Below, piece by piece: positions 1 through 9,719 of a DNA stretch of 64,000 bases. Under the pieces are notes generated by a model. The model was given only the letters and a program-made list of their open reading frames with translations, was not told the DNA's origin and ran no database searches. A program made the position numbers and the translations under genes. How positions within the stretch are numbered: the first letter of the stretch is position 1; each line of letters begins with the position of its first letter. This DNA is from Candidatus Hadarchaeum sp. (GTDB lineage Archaea > Hadarchaeota > Hadarchaeia > Hadarchaeales > Hadarchaeaceae), in assembly GCF_049969415.1 (NCBI RefSeq), contig NZ_JBMFOX010000002.1, positions 1-64,000 of the forward strand, read 5' to 3'.

Positions 1-30
1 GGATTAAAATGGAAAAGGGTCAGGCGGATC

Positions 31-1181
31 TCCTTCGAAATTTTGACTTCGCCGAGATTTTCACGTTGAAAGAGCCCCTCACCTCACGACCGTCGTGAGA
101 AGTAGACCCCCGATTTCTGTACCCCAAAAACTCGTCTGAGGGGTAGGACAAGCCTCGTGAGATACTCACAGCTAGGGCTGGCGGGCAGCTCTGTGCTATC
201 GCTGGCGCTTACCGTGCGGCGATGGAGATCAAGTCCGCGAGCCTGTCCCTGCCCAGCCCCGGCCAAACGCCGGCCCGGTGGGCTGGAGTTTCCCTGTTTC
301 CGTGGCGCACGAAGTTCACTATCGCCCGGTAAAGGCGGACGAAAGCTTGGGCCGAGCGGAAGCTCTTGAAGCTGCGCATGACCTTGTACCGCTGCTTGAG
401 GTCTCCGTTTCGGCGCTCGATCGGGTTGTTGTTGAACCGAAGGCCGAACTGTTTGCACGCAATCGGCACGCCGTGCACGAGCCTTGCTATCCGGTAGAAA
501 TATCGGTTGAAGGCGCACTTGATCGCGCCCCACTTGTCGCTGACGAAGGTCACGAGCCTTCGTTCCTTGGGCGGCTTTTCGCGCTCGCGCTCGAAAACCC
601 CGCGTATCTGGCCCCCGAGGCGCTTTTTCAGGCGCGCGAAGAACCCGTCGTAGGCTTCAAGGTCCCTCCTCTCCGACAGCACGGCCTCCGGGCAGTAGCC
701 CGTCCGGGAGTCGACCGTGTGTATGACGCAGTGCCTGCGCCCGCGGACCTCGACGAAGACCTCATCCACGTGCATGCGCCCCTTGATCTCAGGCTTCTGC
801 TTGCGCTCGAACCGCTCGATGAGCTCCGAGTACTCCTTCACCCAGCTGAGCATCGCGTGGTCGCTTGGCCGATACCCGAAGTGCTGCCAGAGGAAGTCCC
901 TGATCTTGCTGAGCGACAGCCCCTCCACGTACAGGTGCAGTGCCTGCACGATCACTTCCTTAGGGTAGTGCTTGCCCTCGAAGCCGTCGCGCTCGACGAA
1001 ATACCGATTGCAGTCCTTGCACCGGTATCCCTGGCTGGTTCTGTACTTGCCTTTGTACTTGCCCGCCTTCTTCACCCGCTCCGAACCACAGTCTGGACAC
1101 TTCAATTCGCTTCACTCCTGACCCCCCTCCTCAGTCCAGCCCCGAAGATAATTGGCCCTGTCAGGTCAAAAATTTGAAGGA
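31..1181. repeat. Imperfect 17-bp inverted repeat pair flanking the transposase (31-47 and 1165-1181)
   Basis: TCCTTCGAAATTTTGAC versus reverse complement of GTCAAAAATTTGAAGGA: 15/17 match. No target-site duplication seen. Confidence 0.4.
209..1105 (-). mobile_element. IS6-like (DDE) transposase with N-terminal zinc ribbon
   Basis: CPDC..CKDC zinc ribbon, HTH (GLSLSKIRDFL..WV), DDE motifs HVDE / VSDK / NNPIERRN, and C-terminal RSFKSF..A..F..NF. Visibly GC-richer than the downstream flank. Confidence 0.85.
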
Positions 1182-1213
1182 AAACCTTAAACGGAAAAAA
1201 ATAGCATATTAGT

Positions 1214-1948
1214 ATGTACTATCTCGAAGTGAAAAATTTAACGAAGAAATACGGTAATGTTACAGCGTTATCCAATTTTTCCTTAGAGATAAAAAAAGGC
1301 GAGCTGGTTTGTGTTATAGGACAATCCGGATGTGGTAAGTCCACATTATTAGGGTGTATATCGGGGATAAAAAGTATCGACGGGGGGTCAATAAAATTTG
1401 AGGGCGGACTTAAAAAACCAAAAATAGCGGCCGTGTTTCAAGAGGACCGGTTACTCCCTTGGTACACGGCAGAAAAAAATATTGAGCTGGCTGTGGAACA
1501 GTTTTATACCGACCCTGAAGAAAAAAGGAAGAGAATTGAAAAGGTATTGGATTTGGTGCGTTTGAAGGGCGCCAAACATAAGTATCCTTTGGAGCTATCC
1601 GGTGGTATGAGACAACGTATTTCAATAGCTAGGGCGTTGGCAATAGATCCCGATTTGCTTCTTATGGATGAACCATTTAGTAGTTTGGACGAGATAACCG
1701 CAGAACATCTGAGAATTGAACTCGAAAGGATATGGCGGGAAACCAAGAAGACCATTATCTTCATAACGCATGATATAAGCGAGGCCGTTTGTTTGGGCGA
1801 CAGAATAATCGTAATGACAGGAGCGCCGGGGAGAAACTTCGGTGAAATTAAGGTCAATCTCAGACGTCCCCGCAACAAAACTTCAGAAGCATTTTTCTCG
1901 GTCTTAAAAAAGGCCACGAGGATGCTTGCCGATGCCTCCAAAGCTTAA
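1214..1948 (+). CDS. ABC transporter ATP-binding protein (NitT/TauB/SsuB type)
   Basis: Walker A GQSGCGKST, FQEDRLLPW, LSGGMRQR signature, LLMDEPF, ITHD. Confidence 0.93.
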   Translation: MYYLEVKNLTKKYGNVTALSNFSLEIKKGELVCVIGQSGCGKSTLLGCISGIKSIDGGSIKFEGGLKKPKIAAVFQEDRLLPWYTAEKNIELAVEQFYTDPEEKRKRIEKVLDLVRLKGAKHKYPLELSGGMRQRISIARALAIDPDLLLMDEPFSSLDEITAEHLRIELERIWRETKKTIIFITHDISEAVCLGDRIIVMTGAPGRNFGEIKVNLRRPRNKTSEAFFSVLKKATRMLADASKA

Positions 1949-2678
1949 AGGTACAGAAATTTTTAAGAGGTTGTTAATCGGGCTGGCCATCGTGGTGGCA
2001 GTATGGTACCTACTTTCTTTTTTGAACCCAGTGGTGCCACCACCTCACACTATTTTGAGTTATATGCTTGAAATTGAAAAAATTGGAACTCACTTCTTTA
2101 CCACTCTTTATCGCATAGGATCTGCCTTTGCGCTTTCAGTTTTAATTGGCTTGTTTCTTGGAATGGCTATGGGGAGGTTTAAGACGGTTGAAGCCTTGCT
2201 GGGATCCTTTGTGGGCTTTGTTTTAACAATCCCAGCGACAATCTGGGCTTTTTTAGCTTTTATCTTGTTTGGGGTAACAACGTGGTCGGTGATTTTCGTC
2301 GCCATGATAACCACTTTTCCAATAGTGGCTTTTAGCATTACCGAGGGTATCAAAAGCAGGGACGTGCGCTACGATGAAATGGCCGATGTTTTTGGATTCA
2401 GCAGATGGAAGAAAATCAGGCGGGTCTTTTTGCCCTACCTGTTTCCCTACATCATCGGTTCGGCAAGATCGGCTTTCGGAGTAGGCGTGAAGTTGATCAT
2501 AATCGCGGAATTGATAGGTACAACAGTTGGTGCGGGCCTACAGCTCCTTTATTACTACGGTATGGGAATGTTTGTTTATGTATACAGCTATGCAATACTT
2601 TTGATAGCCATCTACGTTGTTTTCGATTTAGTTATTTTCGGTGCCATTGAACGTTACGCTACGCGATGGAAAAGATAA
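1932..2678 (+). CDS. ABC transporter permease (TauC/SsuC type)
   Basis: Multi-TM; VVPPP motif; EAA-like loop EMADVFG..RRVFLP; IIAE; overlaps the ATPase stop. Confidence 0.9.
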   Translation: MPPKLKGTEIFKRLLIGLAIVVAVWYLLSFLNPVVPPPHTILSYMLEIEKIGTHFFTTLYRIGSAFALSVLIGLFLGMAMGRFKTVEALLGSFVGFVLTIPATIWAFLAFILFGVTTWSVIFVAMITTFPIVAFSITEGIKSRDVRYDEMADVFGFSRWKKIRRVFLPYLFPYIIGSARSAFGVGVKLIIIAELIGTTVGAGLQLLYYYGMGMFVYVYSYAILLIAIYVVFDLVIFGAIERYATRWKR

Positions 2679-2746
2679 GTTTGTGCTACCAATCTTATAT
2701 CCATTAAATGACATCGGCCTGTGGAGCATCAATTGATTTTAAAAGG

Positions 2747-2992
2747 TTAGAGTTTAAGCATCCTTCTAATCGCCTCTCGGTTGAACCCGACGATTATTTC
2801 TCCGTTGATATCCAGCACCGGTACACCCATTTGACCTGATTTCTCCACCATTTCCACCGCAGCGGCTCTGTCGCTAGCGACGTTTTTCTCGATAAATTCA
2901 ACGCCGTGTTCTCGCAGGAAATTTTTGGCCATAGTACAGTAGGGACAGGTCGGAGTGGTATAGATTTTAACCACAGTTTTTTTCTCCACCAT
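2747..2992 (-). CDS. Glutaredoxin / NrdH-like redoxin
   Basis: CPYC motif, GQMGVPV, IVGF. Confidence 0.93.
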   Translation of the reverse strand: MVEKKTVVKIYTTPTCPYCTMAKNFLREHGVEFIEKNVASDRAAAVEMVEKSGQMGVPVLDINGEIIVGFNREAIRRMLKL

Positions 2993-3240
2993 GTTATACC
3001 CCAATATCAAATTTCATTTCAGCTATATTAACACTTTGCAACATCGGAGTTCAGACGGATGCCTCCAACTGTAGGTCAATTGGCGTGCAACCCGAGCCGT
3101 TGATTTTTAGCCGTGCGTTTCAAGTTCTGGTGATTTAAACTAAAATTTGATGGCTTGTTTCGAGATGAGCTTTCTCCGGTGGAATTGGCGGCAGGAAAGG
3201 GTAAAATTATTGGGATAGAAGAATTGAATGGTGACGGTTG

Positions 3241-3483
3241 ATGTCAGCATTAGCGGTTCGCGTGGATCGGGATAGCTGCATTGGTTGTGGTGCATGTTGG
3301 ATCTCTTGTCCGGATGTGTTCGAGCAAAACCAAGAAGACGGTCACAGCCAGATAGTTAAGCAGTATCGAGTGGGAAACCACCTCAGTGAAGGAATAATCC
3401 CCCCTGATTTGGAGGGTTGTGCTAGAAGCGCTGAGGAATCATGTCCCGTGCAGATTATTCACCTGACTCAAAGTGAGCGGTAA
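3241..3483 (+). CDS. Monocluster ferredoxin
   Basis: CIGCGAC..CPDVF and distal CPV. Confidence 0.9.
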   Translation: MSALAVRVDRDSCIGCGACWISCPDVFEQNQEDGHSQIVKQYRVGNHLSEGIIPPDLEGCARSAEESCPVQIIHLTQSER

Positions 3484-3596
3484 AAGAGCAAGAACTCATG
3501 CCCTCTGCTCGGCCGCTGCTCTATTATTCCTAGTAGTAATTATCTAACAGAAAGATATAAATACCAGTAATTATTAATTTCTTTCAATTTAAGGTG

Positions 3597-5108
3597 ATGA
3601 ATCTGGAGAAAACGGTGGTCAGAAAATCGGTGGCGGAAATAAACGAAAAAATCAAGCGTGGTGGTGCCGTTGTAGTGACCGCCGAGGAGATGGTTGAGAT
3701 CGTTAGGGAAAAGGGACCCATCGATGCCGCCAAGGAGGTCGATGTTGTCACTACAGGTACCTTCGGGGCCATGTGCAGTTCAGGCGCTTGGTTGAACTTC
3801 GGCCACTCCGACCCGCCGATAAAAATGCAGCGCGTCTGGATAAACGATGTTGAGGCCTACACGGGCGTCGCTGCCGTTGATGCCTACATCGGGGCCACGC
3901 AGCTGAGTGAGACCAAAGGCATGGACTACGGCGGTGGTCATGTCATTGAGGATTTAGTCCGAGGAAAAGAGGTCGAGGTTAGGGCCACCGCTTACGGCAC
4001 CGACTGCTACCCGCGGACCCAAATCGAGACCCAAGTTACCATAGAGGATTTGAATCAGGCGGTGCTCTGTAACCCCAGAAACGCTTATCAGAAGTACACA
4101 GCTGCCACCAACTCCAGAAGTGAGACCATTTACACCTATATGGGCACGCTTCTCCCGAGATACGGTAATGTTACCTATTCCGGGGCGGGGGAGCTAAGCC
4201 CGCTGAATAAAGATCCCAATTATGAGACCATCGGAATCGGCACGCGTATCTTTCTTTGCGGTGCCCAGGGGTACATTTTCTGGGAAGGCACCCAGCACAA
4301 CCCCACCAAGGCTCTAGGCACGATCATGACGGTTGGTAACCTTAGGGAGATGAACGCGCGCTACCTGCGCGGCGCAAGTATCAACAGATATGGGACCTCC
4401 CTCTACGTGGGGCTTGGCATTCCGATTCCGATAATAAATGAACGCGTGGCTAAAACCGCAGGAACTGGTGACGACGAGATTAAGACCAATATCGTCGATT
4501 ACGGCGTCCCTAGGCGAGACCGCCCCGTGGTCAGGGAAGTTACCTATGCCGAACTGAAATCGGGTAAGGTAAGGATTGGGGATCGAGATGTTCCGGTTAG
4601 CCCGCTGAGCAGCCTCAAGCGCGCGAGGGAAATTGCCAACGTTTTGAAAAAGTGGATTGTCGAGAAGAGATTTTTCCTCTCGGAGCCGGTTGAGAGATTG
4701 TCCACCGACAGGATATTTAAGCCGATGAAACAGTTGGCTGTGGTCTCCTTCGCCAAGGATCTAATGGTGAAAACCGTGGTGACGGCCAAACCCAGCGACA
4801 CAATTGTCAGCGCAGCCAAGTTAATTGCTGAAAGAGGGTTTGATCATCTACCCATAGTTGACGATGAAGGGAAGCTCGTGGGAATAGTGACATCCTGGGA
4901 CATTGCCGTGGCCGTGGCTACAAAGAAAAAGAAACTTTCCGAGATCATGACGACGAAGGTCATCACAGCTAGGGAAGACGAACCCGTAGAGCTAGTGGCC
5001 AGAAAACTGGAGAAGTACGGCATCTCAGGAGTCCCGGTTGTCGGATCAAAGGGTGAGCTTAAAGGGATAATCACCAGCGATGATTTATCCAAGTTGCTGA
5101 GGCGATAG
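3597..5108 (+). CDS. Homocysteine biosynthesis protein, DUF39 + CBS pair (MA1821/MJ0100 family, aspartate-semialdehyde sulfurtransferase)
   Basis: VDVVTTGTFGAMCSSG, YGGGHVIEDL, PRNAYQ motifs; two C-terminal CBS domains. Confidence 0.92.
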   Translation: MNLEKTVVRKSVAEINEKIKRGGAVVVTAEEMVEIVREKGPIDAAKEVDVVTTGTFGAMCSSGAWLNFGHSDPPIKMQRVWINDVEAYTGVAAVDAYIGATQLSETKGMDYGGGHVIEDLVRGKEVEVRATAYGTDCYPRTQIETQVTIEDLNQAVLCNPRNAYQKYTAATNSRSETIYTYMGTLLPRYGNVTYSGAGELSPLNKDPNYETIGIGTRIFLCGAQGYIFWEGTQHNPTKALGTIMTVGNLREMNARYLRGASINRYGTSLYVGLGIPIPIINERVAKTAGTGDDEIKTNIVDYGVPRRDRPVVREVTYAELKSGKVRIGDRDVPVSPLSSLKRAREIANVLKKWIVEKRFFLSEPVERLSTDRIFKPMKQLAVVSFAKDLMVKTVVTAKPSDTIVSAAKLIAERGFDHLPIVDDEGKLVGIVTSWDIAVAVATKKKKLSEIMTTKVITAREDEPVELVARKLEKYGISGVPVVGSKGELKGIITSDDLSKLLRR

Positions 5109-5109
5109 A

Positions 5110-5511
5110 ATGGCGCGAAAAATTTTGTTGAACTATTCGGTGGAAAAAGTCAAGGAGCCGATTTTGTCTGAGGTAATCAGGGAAACAGGTTTGGCCCTTA
5201 ACATCCTTTACGCCGAGTTCGGGGCAAAGGGCGGAGAAATCCTCATTTCCGTCGAGGCTCCGGATCCGGACGTGGAACGGGCCGTTGAACTCTTCAGAAA
5301 GAAGGGTTTGGAAGTAAAGGAGATCAAACGCGCGATTCGCCTCGACCGTGAATCCTGCATCGACTGTGGGGCCTGCTTGTCCCTCTGTCCAAGCGGAGCG
5401 CTCTACCAAGACAAGGACAACACCGTCCTGCTTGATGAGGACAAATGCGTTTACTGCGAACTCTGCGTACCGGCCTGCCCGGTAAGGGCGCTGGAGCTGT
5501 CGAAGTTCTAG
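5110..5511 (+). CDS. NIL domain + 2[4Fe-4S] ferredoxin (MA1822/MJ0099 family)
   Basis: EPI..NILYA NIL domain; two CxxCxxCxxxCP motifs; adjacent to DUF39. Confidence 0.9.
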   Translation: MARKILLNYSVEKVKEPILSEVIRETGLALNILYAEFGAKGGEILISVEAPDPDVERAVELFRKKGLEVKEIKRAIRLDRESCIDCGACLSLCPSGALYQDKDNTVLLDEDKCVYCELCVPACPVRALELSKF

Positions 5512-6291
5512 GTGGTCCTCACGTTTGAACGGACGTGGTCCTTCAAGGAGACCCACCTACGGATAAAGTGTGACTTCGATCAGGCAATAGATGCCGCCAT
5601 TTCCGCCGCGCTCAGGGCCCGCATAGAAATCGAGCGTTTGATTCTGACATGTCCTGAGTTCCGCTGGTCTCTTGAACCCGTGAAACTGGAAGGAAACCAT
5701 CCACGAGTCATCGAGCTGATGTTGCTGGCTAGCGAGTTGGCTAGTGTTGGGCCTTTTGCAGCCGTTGCTGGGGCGATTTCGCAGGTCGCGGCCGAGGCAG
5801 CTCTGGCCGCCGGCGCTAAAAATGTGCTGGTCGACAACGGCGGTGATATCTCGATCTTTGGCGACAAGGAATTTCGCGTCGGGATTTTTGCAGGTGCAGC
5901 GGCCGGGTCGGGAAAGCTGGGTTTTCTGGTCAAAAAAGAGGAGCTGCCTATAGGGATATGCGCCAGTTCCGGCACCGTGGGGCATTCGCTGAGCTTCGGT
6001 TGGGCCGACGTGGCCGTCGCCGTCGCCGATGACGCCGCCTTGGCCGACGCCGCCGCGACCTCGATAGGCAATGCGGTCTGCGGTGACGATGTTGAGCAAT
6101 CCATTAAATCGGGTTTGGAAAGGGCCAAGAATATACCGGAAATTAGGGGATGCTTGATAATTAGGGATAAGCATGTTGGAGCTTGGGGAAAATTGCCCGA
6201 ACTCATAAGCATTGGCGAATCGCGCGAGCTCCTAACCACCCTGCAAAAATACCGGGTTTATAGAAGCGACGTTGAACAGATTGTTGGATGA
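5512..6291 (+). CDS. UPF0280 / ApbE-like protein (COG2122)
   Basis: GPFAAVAGAI, DNGGDI, SSGTVGHSLSFG.AD, LADAAAT.IGN. Confidence 0.9.
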   Translation: MVLTFERTWSFKETHLRIKCDFDQAIDAAISAALRARIEIERLILTCPEFRWSLEPVKLEGNHPRVIELMLLASELASVGPFAAVAGAISQVAAEAALAAGAKNVLVDNGGDISIFGDKEFRVGIFAGAAAGSGKLGFLVKKEELPIGICASSGTVGHSLSFGWADVAVAVADDAALADAAATSIGNAVCGDDVEQSIKSGLERAKNIPEIRGCLIIRDKHVGAWGKLPELISIGESRELLTTLQKYRVYRSDVEQIVG

Positions 6292-6377
6292 AGTTCGGAT
6301 GGTTTAGCTGAATTTAGAAAGAGTTACCAAATGATGGTGAGAAAAAAGTTAGCCTGCATTGGCCTAACCCTTCTTGA

Positions 6378-6974
6378 TTAAACCGGTATAGCCAAACTAT
6401 CTACCAGCTTTAAAAAGTCGGCAAAGGGCAAACCTAGCGCCAGCTCGTTTGGCGAATAACCGGCCAGTTCCCTAGCGCCACCGCAGAGGAGCGTCAGATT
6501 GGGCCTGTGCTCCATAAACGGTATGGCCACGGCCTCTCCAGCAATTGCCCCGCCGTGGCAGGTCATGCTCGCCTCAAGAGGCTTCTTCAGGCTTTTAGTG
6601 AGCGCCTGCACCACCAGCATGGCATGGGCAGGATCGGTTATGACAACAACGACGTCGGGTTCGATTTCGATTTTCTCCAGCGGCGCGACCACGATGGACT
6701 TCGTCTTTGCTGGTTTGACGCGGGGATAAAGATCCACATATTGAGGCTCCCTGTAACCGAGGATTACCCGTGTGCTAAAGTTGCTGAGGTCGTCCGCGCC
6801 AATGACATGGATTTCACCGGTGTAGGCGGTTTTTCTCACCAGTTCACAGAAAAGAGAAGGGACGGAGGGCCTGTTGCCTGCGATCGGCCTTTCCGAGATG
6901 TGTATGGCAACGGGGCTGGTATTGATCTGAAACGCCTCTTTAAAATTCCGGGACAGCGAGGCATAATTCCTCAA
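6378..6974 (-). CDS. DUF169 family protein
   Basis: PVAI..FCELV, PLE..EPDVVV, LLCGGAR..ELALG.P pattern; GAGGTGA SD before TTG. Confidence 0.8.
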   Translation of the reverse strand: MRNYASLSRNFKEAFQINTSPVAIHISERPIAGNRPSVPSLFCELVRKTAYTGEIHVIGADDLSNFSTRVILGYREPQYVDLYPRVKPAKTKSIVVAPLEKIEIEPDVVVVITDPAHAMLVVQALTKSLKKPLEASMTCHGGAIAGEAVAIPFMEHRPNLTLLCGGARELAGYSPNELALGLPFADFLKLVDSLAIPV

Positions 6975-7023
6975 CTTTAATCACCTCACTGATTTTGTTG
7001 GGCGAGCATTTATACAACACCGG

Positions 7024-7060
7024 TTTTGATATCAAAATCTATAAATATAACGATGTTATA
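7024..7060. promoter_or_regulatory. Two palindromes in the divergent DUF169 / tRNA-Cys intergenic region
   Basis: TTTTGATATCAAAA (7024-7037) and TATAAC-gat-GTTATA (7046-7060) in AT-rich TATA-like sequence. Confidence 0.45.
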
Positions 7061-7175
7061 ATAATTTAAAAACCAGCGGTAAAGGTTTACCAGCGAAACG
7101 GCTTCCATGGAAAATCAAAAACCGCTGGACGATGGGCGGTACAGAAAATTGGAAAAGCTTGGCTTGAACCGGCGG

Positions 7176-7249
7176 GCCAGGGTGGCCGATTGGCTAGGCA
7201 GTGGGCTGCAGACCCACCTAAGCAGGTTCAATTCCTGCCCCTGGCTCCA
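7176..7249 (+). tRNA. tRNA-Cys(GCA)
   Basis: Acceptor GCCAGGG/CCCTGGC; anticodon arm GTGGG-CTGCAGA-CCCAC; T arm GCAGG-TTCAATT-CCTGC; U73 discriminator; encoded CCA. Confidence 0.97.
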
Positions 7250-7354
7250 CGAAGTTGGCTGAGCAGGAACAATGCTGATGGGTGAACGTTAATATTTGCT
7301 GAGTTGATATGATAAAGAAGAGCAGGTAGATCAGAGGGATGGTGAAAATAAATT

Positions 7355-8563
7355 ATGCCCAAGATACCAAAGGACCGGCTTGAAATTTACCGGGAGCTGA
7401 AGCGCGATTTCAGCGAGGATAAATTCATCAATTTGCATCCGATTCAGCGCGGCGGCGTGCTGTCTCCGGAGGCCAGAAGAGCCATCATTGAATTTGCCGA
7501 CGGTTATTCCACCTGCGACTGGTGCCCGCCCAAGACGGCGAGGCTCGACATGATTCAGCGGCCGCCGATTGCCCAGTTCATGCAGGATCTCGCCGAATTT
7601 TTGGGAATGGACGTGGCCCGTGTCGTGACCCGGTGCCGCGAGGCGCAGTTCATCGCCTTCACCATGCTCGGCAATCCTGGAGACTATGTGATCTTGGACA
7701 GCCTCGCCCACTATTCCACCTACACCGCCGCCGAGCTGGCGCGGCTCCGGATAAAGGAGGTACCTCACGGTGGTTATCCTGAATTTAGGCTTAAGCTAGA
7801 CGCATATGCGGACAAGATTGAGGAGGTCAGGAGGGAGACAGGGAAGTTGCCGGCGGCAGTTTTGCTCACGCATGTGGATTACCTTTACGGCAACCTCAAT
7901 GATGCCGCGGTGGTCGGAAAAATTTGCAAGGAATATGGCGTCCCCTTCATCCTGAATGCCGCCTACAGCGCCGGAGTGATGAATGTCGACGGGAAAAAGT
8001 TAGGCGCCGACATCATCACCTCCAGCGGACACAAGTCTTGGGCGGCCAGCGCCCCGACGGGAATTCTAGCCGCGACAGAGGAGATGGGCGAGAAACTGTT
8101 CGCCCGCTCCAGAATAGTTGGTGATTGGAGCCAGCGGAAGTTCAGCTTCAAGGAGTACGCGCTGCTTGGCTGCACGGTGATGGGTGCTCCACTGATGACC
8201 CTGATCGCCTCGTTCCCCCACGTGGTCGAGCGCGTGGAGAGGTGGCCCCAAGAGGTGGAGAACACCAGATACTTGGTCGAACAGCTGGAGAGGATCGAGG
8301 GCACCCGCCAGATTGGTGTCAGGCCGAAGGAGCACACGCTGACGCATATGGAGTCGGATGGATTTTACCGGGTTTCACAGACCCACAAGCGGAAGGGCTA
8401 CTTCCTCTATGAGGAGCTCAGACGCCGTGGCATCGTCGGCATCCAGCCCGGTCTGACCAGGCACTTCAAGTTCAACACCTACGGGCTTCCGCGGGAAAAG
8501 GTGGAGAGAGTTGCTCAGGCCTTTCTAGAGATAGCCGAGGAACAGAAACTGAAGGCCAGTTGA
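7355..8563 (+). CDS. pscS: O-phosphoseryl-tRNA:Cys-tRNA synthase (SepCysS)
   Basis: INLHPIQRGG, DGYSTCDWC (CxxC), AHYS, SGHKS (PLP Lys), LGCT. Confidence 0.95.
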   Translation: MPKIPKDRLEIYRELKRDFSEDKFINLHPIQRGGVLSPEARRAIIEFADGYSTCDWCPPKTARLDMIQRPPIAQFMQDLAEFLGMDVARVVTRCREAQFIAFTMLGNPGDYVILDSLAHYSTYTAAELARLRIKEVPHGGYPEFRLKLDAYADKIEEVRRETGKLPAAVLLTHVDYLYGNLNDAAVVGKICKEYGVPFILNAAYSAGVMNVDGKKLGADIITSSGHKSWAASAPTGILAATEEMGEKLFARSRIVGDWSQRKFSFKEYALLGCTVMGAPLMTLIASFPHVVERVERWPQEVENTRYLVEQLERIEGTRQIGVRPKEHTLTHMESDGFYRVSQTHKRKGYFLYEELRRRGIVGIQPGLTRHFKFNTYGLPREKVERVAQAFLEIAEEQKLKAS

Positions 8564-8605
8564 GAACTGGTCTTGAAGGTTAAATATACCCGTCGTGATG
8601 GGTAA

Positions 8606-9493
8606 TTGGTGTCTTGTGTGGAGAAGACCAACCGTGATTCGAAACAGCCCGGTGGAAGAATTTTCTTTGGATTGACGCAGGACCAGCTCGTGCGCTACAG
8701 CCGTCAGCTGATCCTTAAGGAGGTTGGCGGAAAGGGTCAGAAGAAGCTGATGCATTCCAAGGTGCTTATCATCGGCGCCGGTGGTCTGGGGTCCCCAGCT
8801 GCCCTGTACTTGGCCGCGGCTGGTGTGGGCAGGATTGGAATAGTCGATTCCGACAAGGTTGACCTCAGCAACCTGCAGCGACAGATCATCCATTCAAAGG
8901 GTTTCATCGGCAAGCCCAAAGCAGCCTCGGCGAAAAATGCCATTCTCGCGCTGAACCCTGAGGTGGAGGTTGTCACCTTTGAACAGCGCCTTACTCCGGA
9001 AAACGCCCTCGACATCATAGGCGGCTGGGACTTTGTGGTCGACGGCAGCGATAATTTTCCGACCAAGTTCCTCGTCAACGATGCCTGCGTGCTCAAGGGT
9101 GTGCCGTTCTCGCACGCCGGCGTCCTCAGGTTCATCGGGATGACGATGACCGTTCTGCCGCGGAAGGGTCCTTGCTACCGTTGCCTCGTCAAGGAAGCGC
9201 CTCCTCCCGGAGCGGTGCCCACCTGTCAGGAGGCCGGAGTGCTGGGGACGGTGCCGGGCGTCATGGGAACTATTCAGGCGACCGAGGCCATCAAATTCCT
9301 ACTCGGCGTGGGTAGTCTCCTCATCGGCCGGGTTCTCTACTTCGACGCGCTTAGCCTGAGGTTCGACCAATTTGAGCTGAAGAGAAATCCAAAATGCCCG
9401 TCCTGCGGGGACAGACCGCTCATCAGAGACCTATCTCAGGTCGACTACGGAACCGCCTGCAGGGTGAGATCAGATGTCCAAGGTGAAGGTTGA
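8606..9493 (+). CDS. ThiF/MoeB/UbaA family E1-like adenylyltransferase (true start probably near 8672)
   Basis: RYSRQ, GAGGLG, SNLQRQ, DGSDNF, CYRC, catalytic TCQEAG, CPSC; no rhodanese domain. Confidence 0.93.
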   Translation: MVSCVEKTNRDSKQPGGRIFFGLTQDQLVRYSRQLILKEVGGKGQKKLMHSKVLIIGAGGLGSPAALYLAAAGVGRIGIVDSDKVDLSNLQRQIIHSKGFIGKPKAASAKNAILALNPEVEVVTFEQRLTPENALDIIGGWDFVVDGSDNFPTKFLVNDACVLKGVPFSHAGVLRFIGMTMTVLPRKGPCYRCLVKEAPPPGAVPTCQEAGVLGTVPGVMGTIQATEAIKFLLGVGSLLIGRVLYFDALSLRFDQFELKRNPKCPSCGDRPLIRDLSQVDYGTACRVRSDVQGEG

Positions 9494-9719
9494 TCGCACC
9501 ATCGACATCCGGGGTGAGGTCTGCCCCTACACCTTCGTTAAGTCTAAGCTGGCCCTCGAGGAGCTGAATGGTGGGCAGGTGCTGGAGATATTTTTGGATC
9601 ATGATCCTGCGGTGGAGAATGTTCCCCGCAGTTTGGAGTCGGACGGGCACAGGATTCTCGCTGTGGAGAAGATTGAAGGAGGCTGGAGGATTCTGGTCAG
9701 GAAGGTCCAGTCTCGATAA
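9474..9719 (+). CDS. tusA: TusA/SirA sulfur carrier
   Basis: IDIRGEVCPY, GQVLEI..D, ENVP. Confidence 0.9.
   Translation: MSKVKVDRTIDIRGEVCPYTFVKSKLALEELNGGQVLEIFLDHDPAVENVPRSLESDGHRILAVEKIEGGWRILVRKVQSR

Noticed and set aside
278-1177. 299-aa plus-strand ORF, and the many other long antisense ORFs in the track
   Set aside because: Shadow frames of GC-rich real genes with no recognisable motifs
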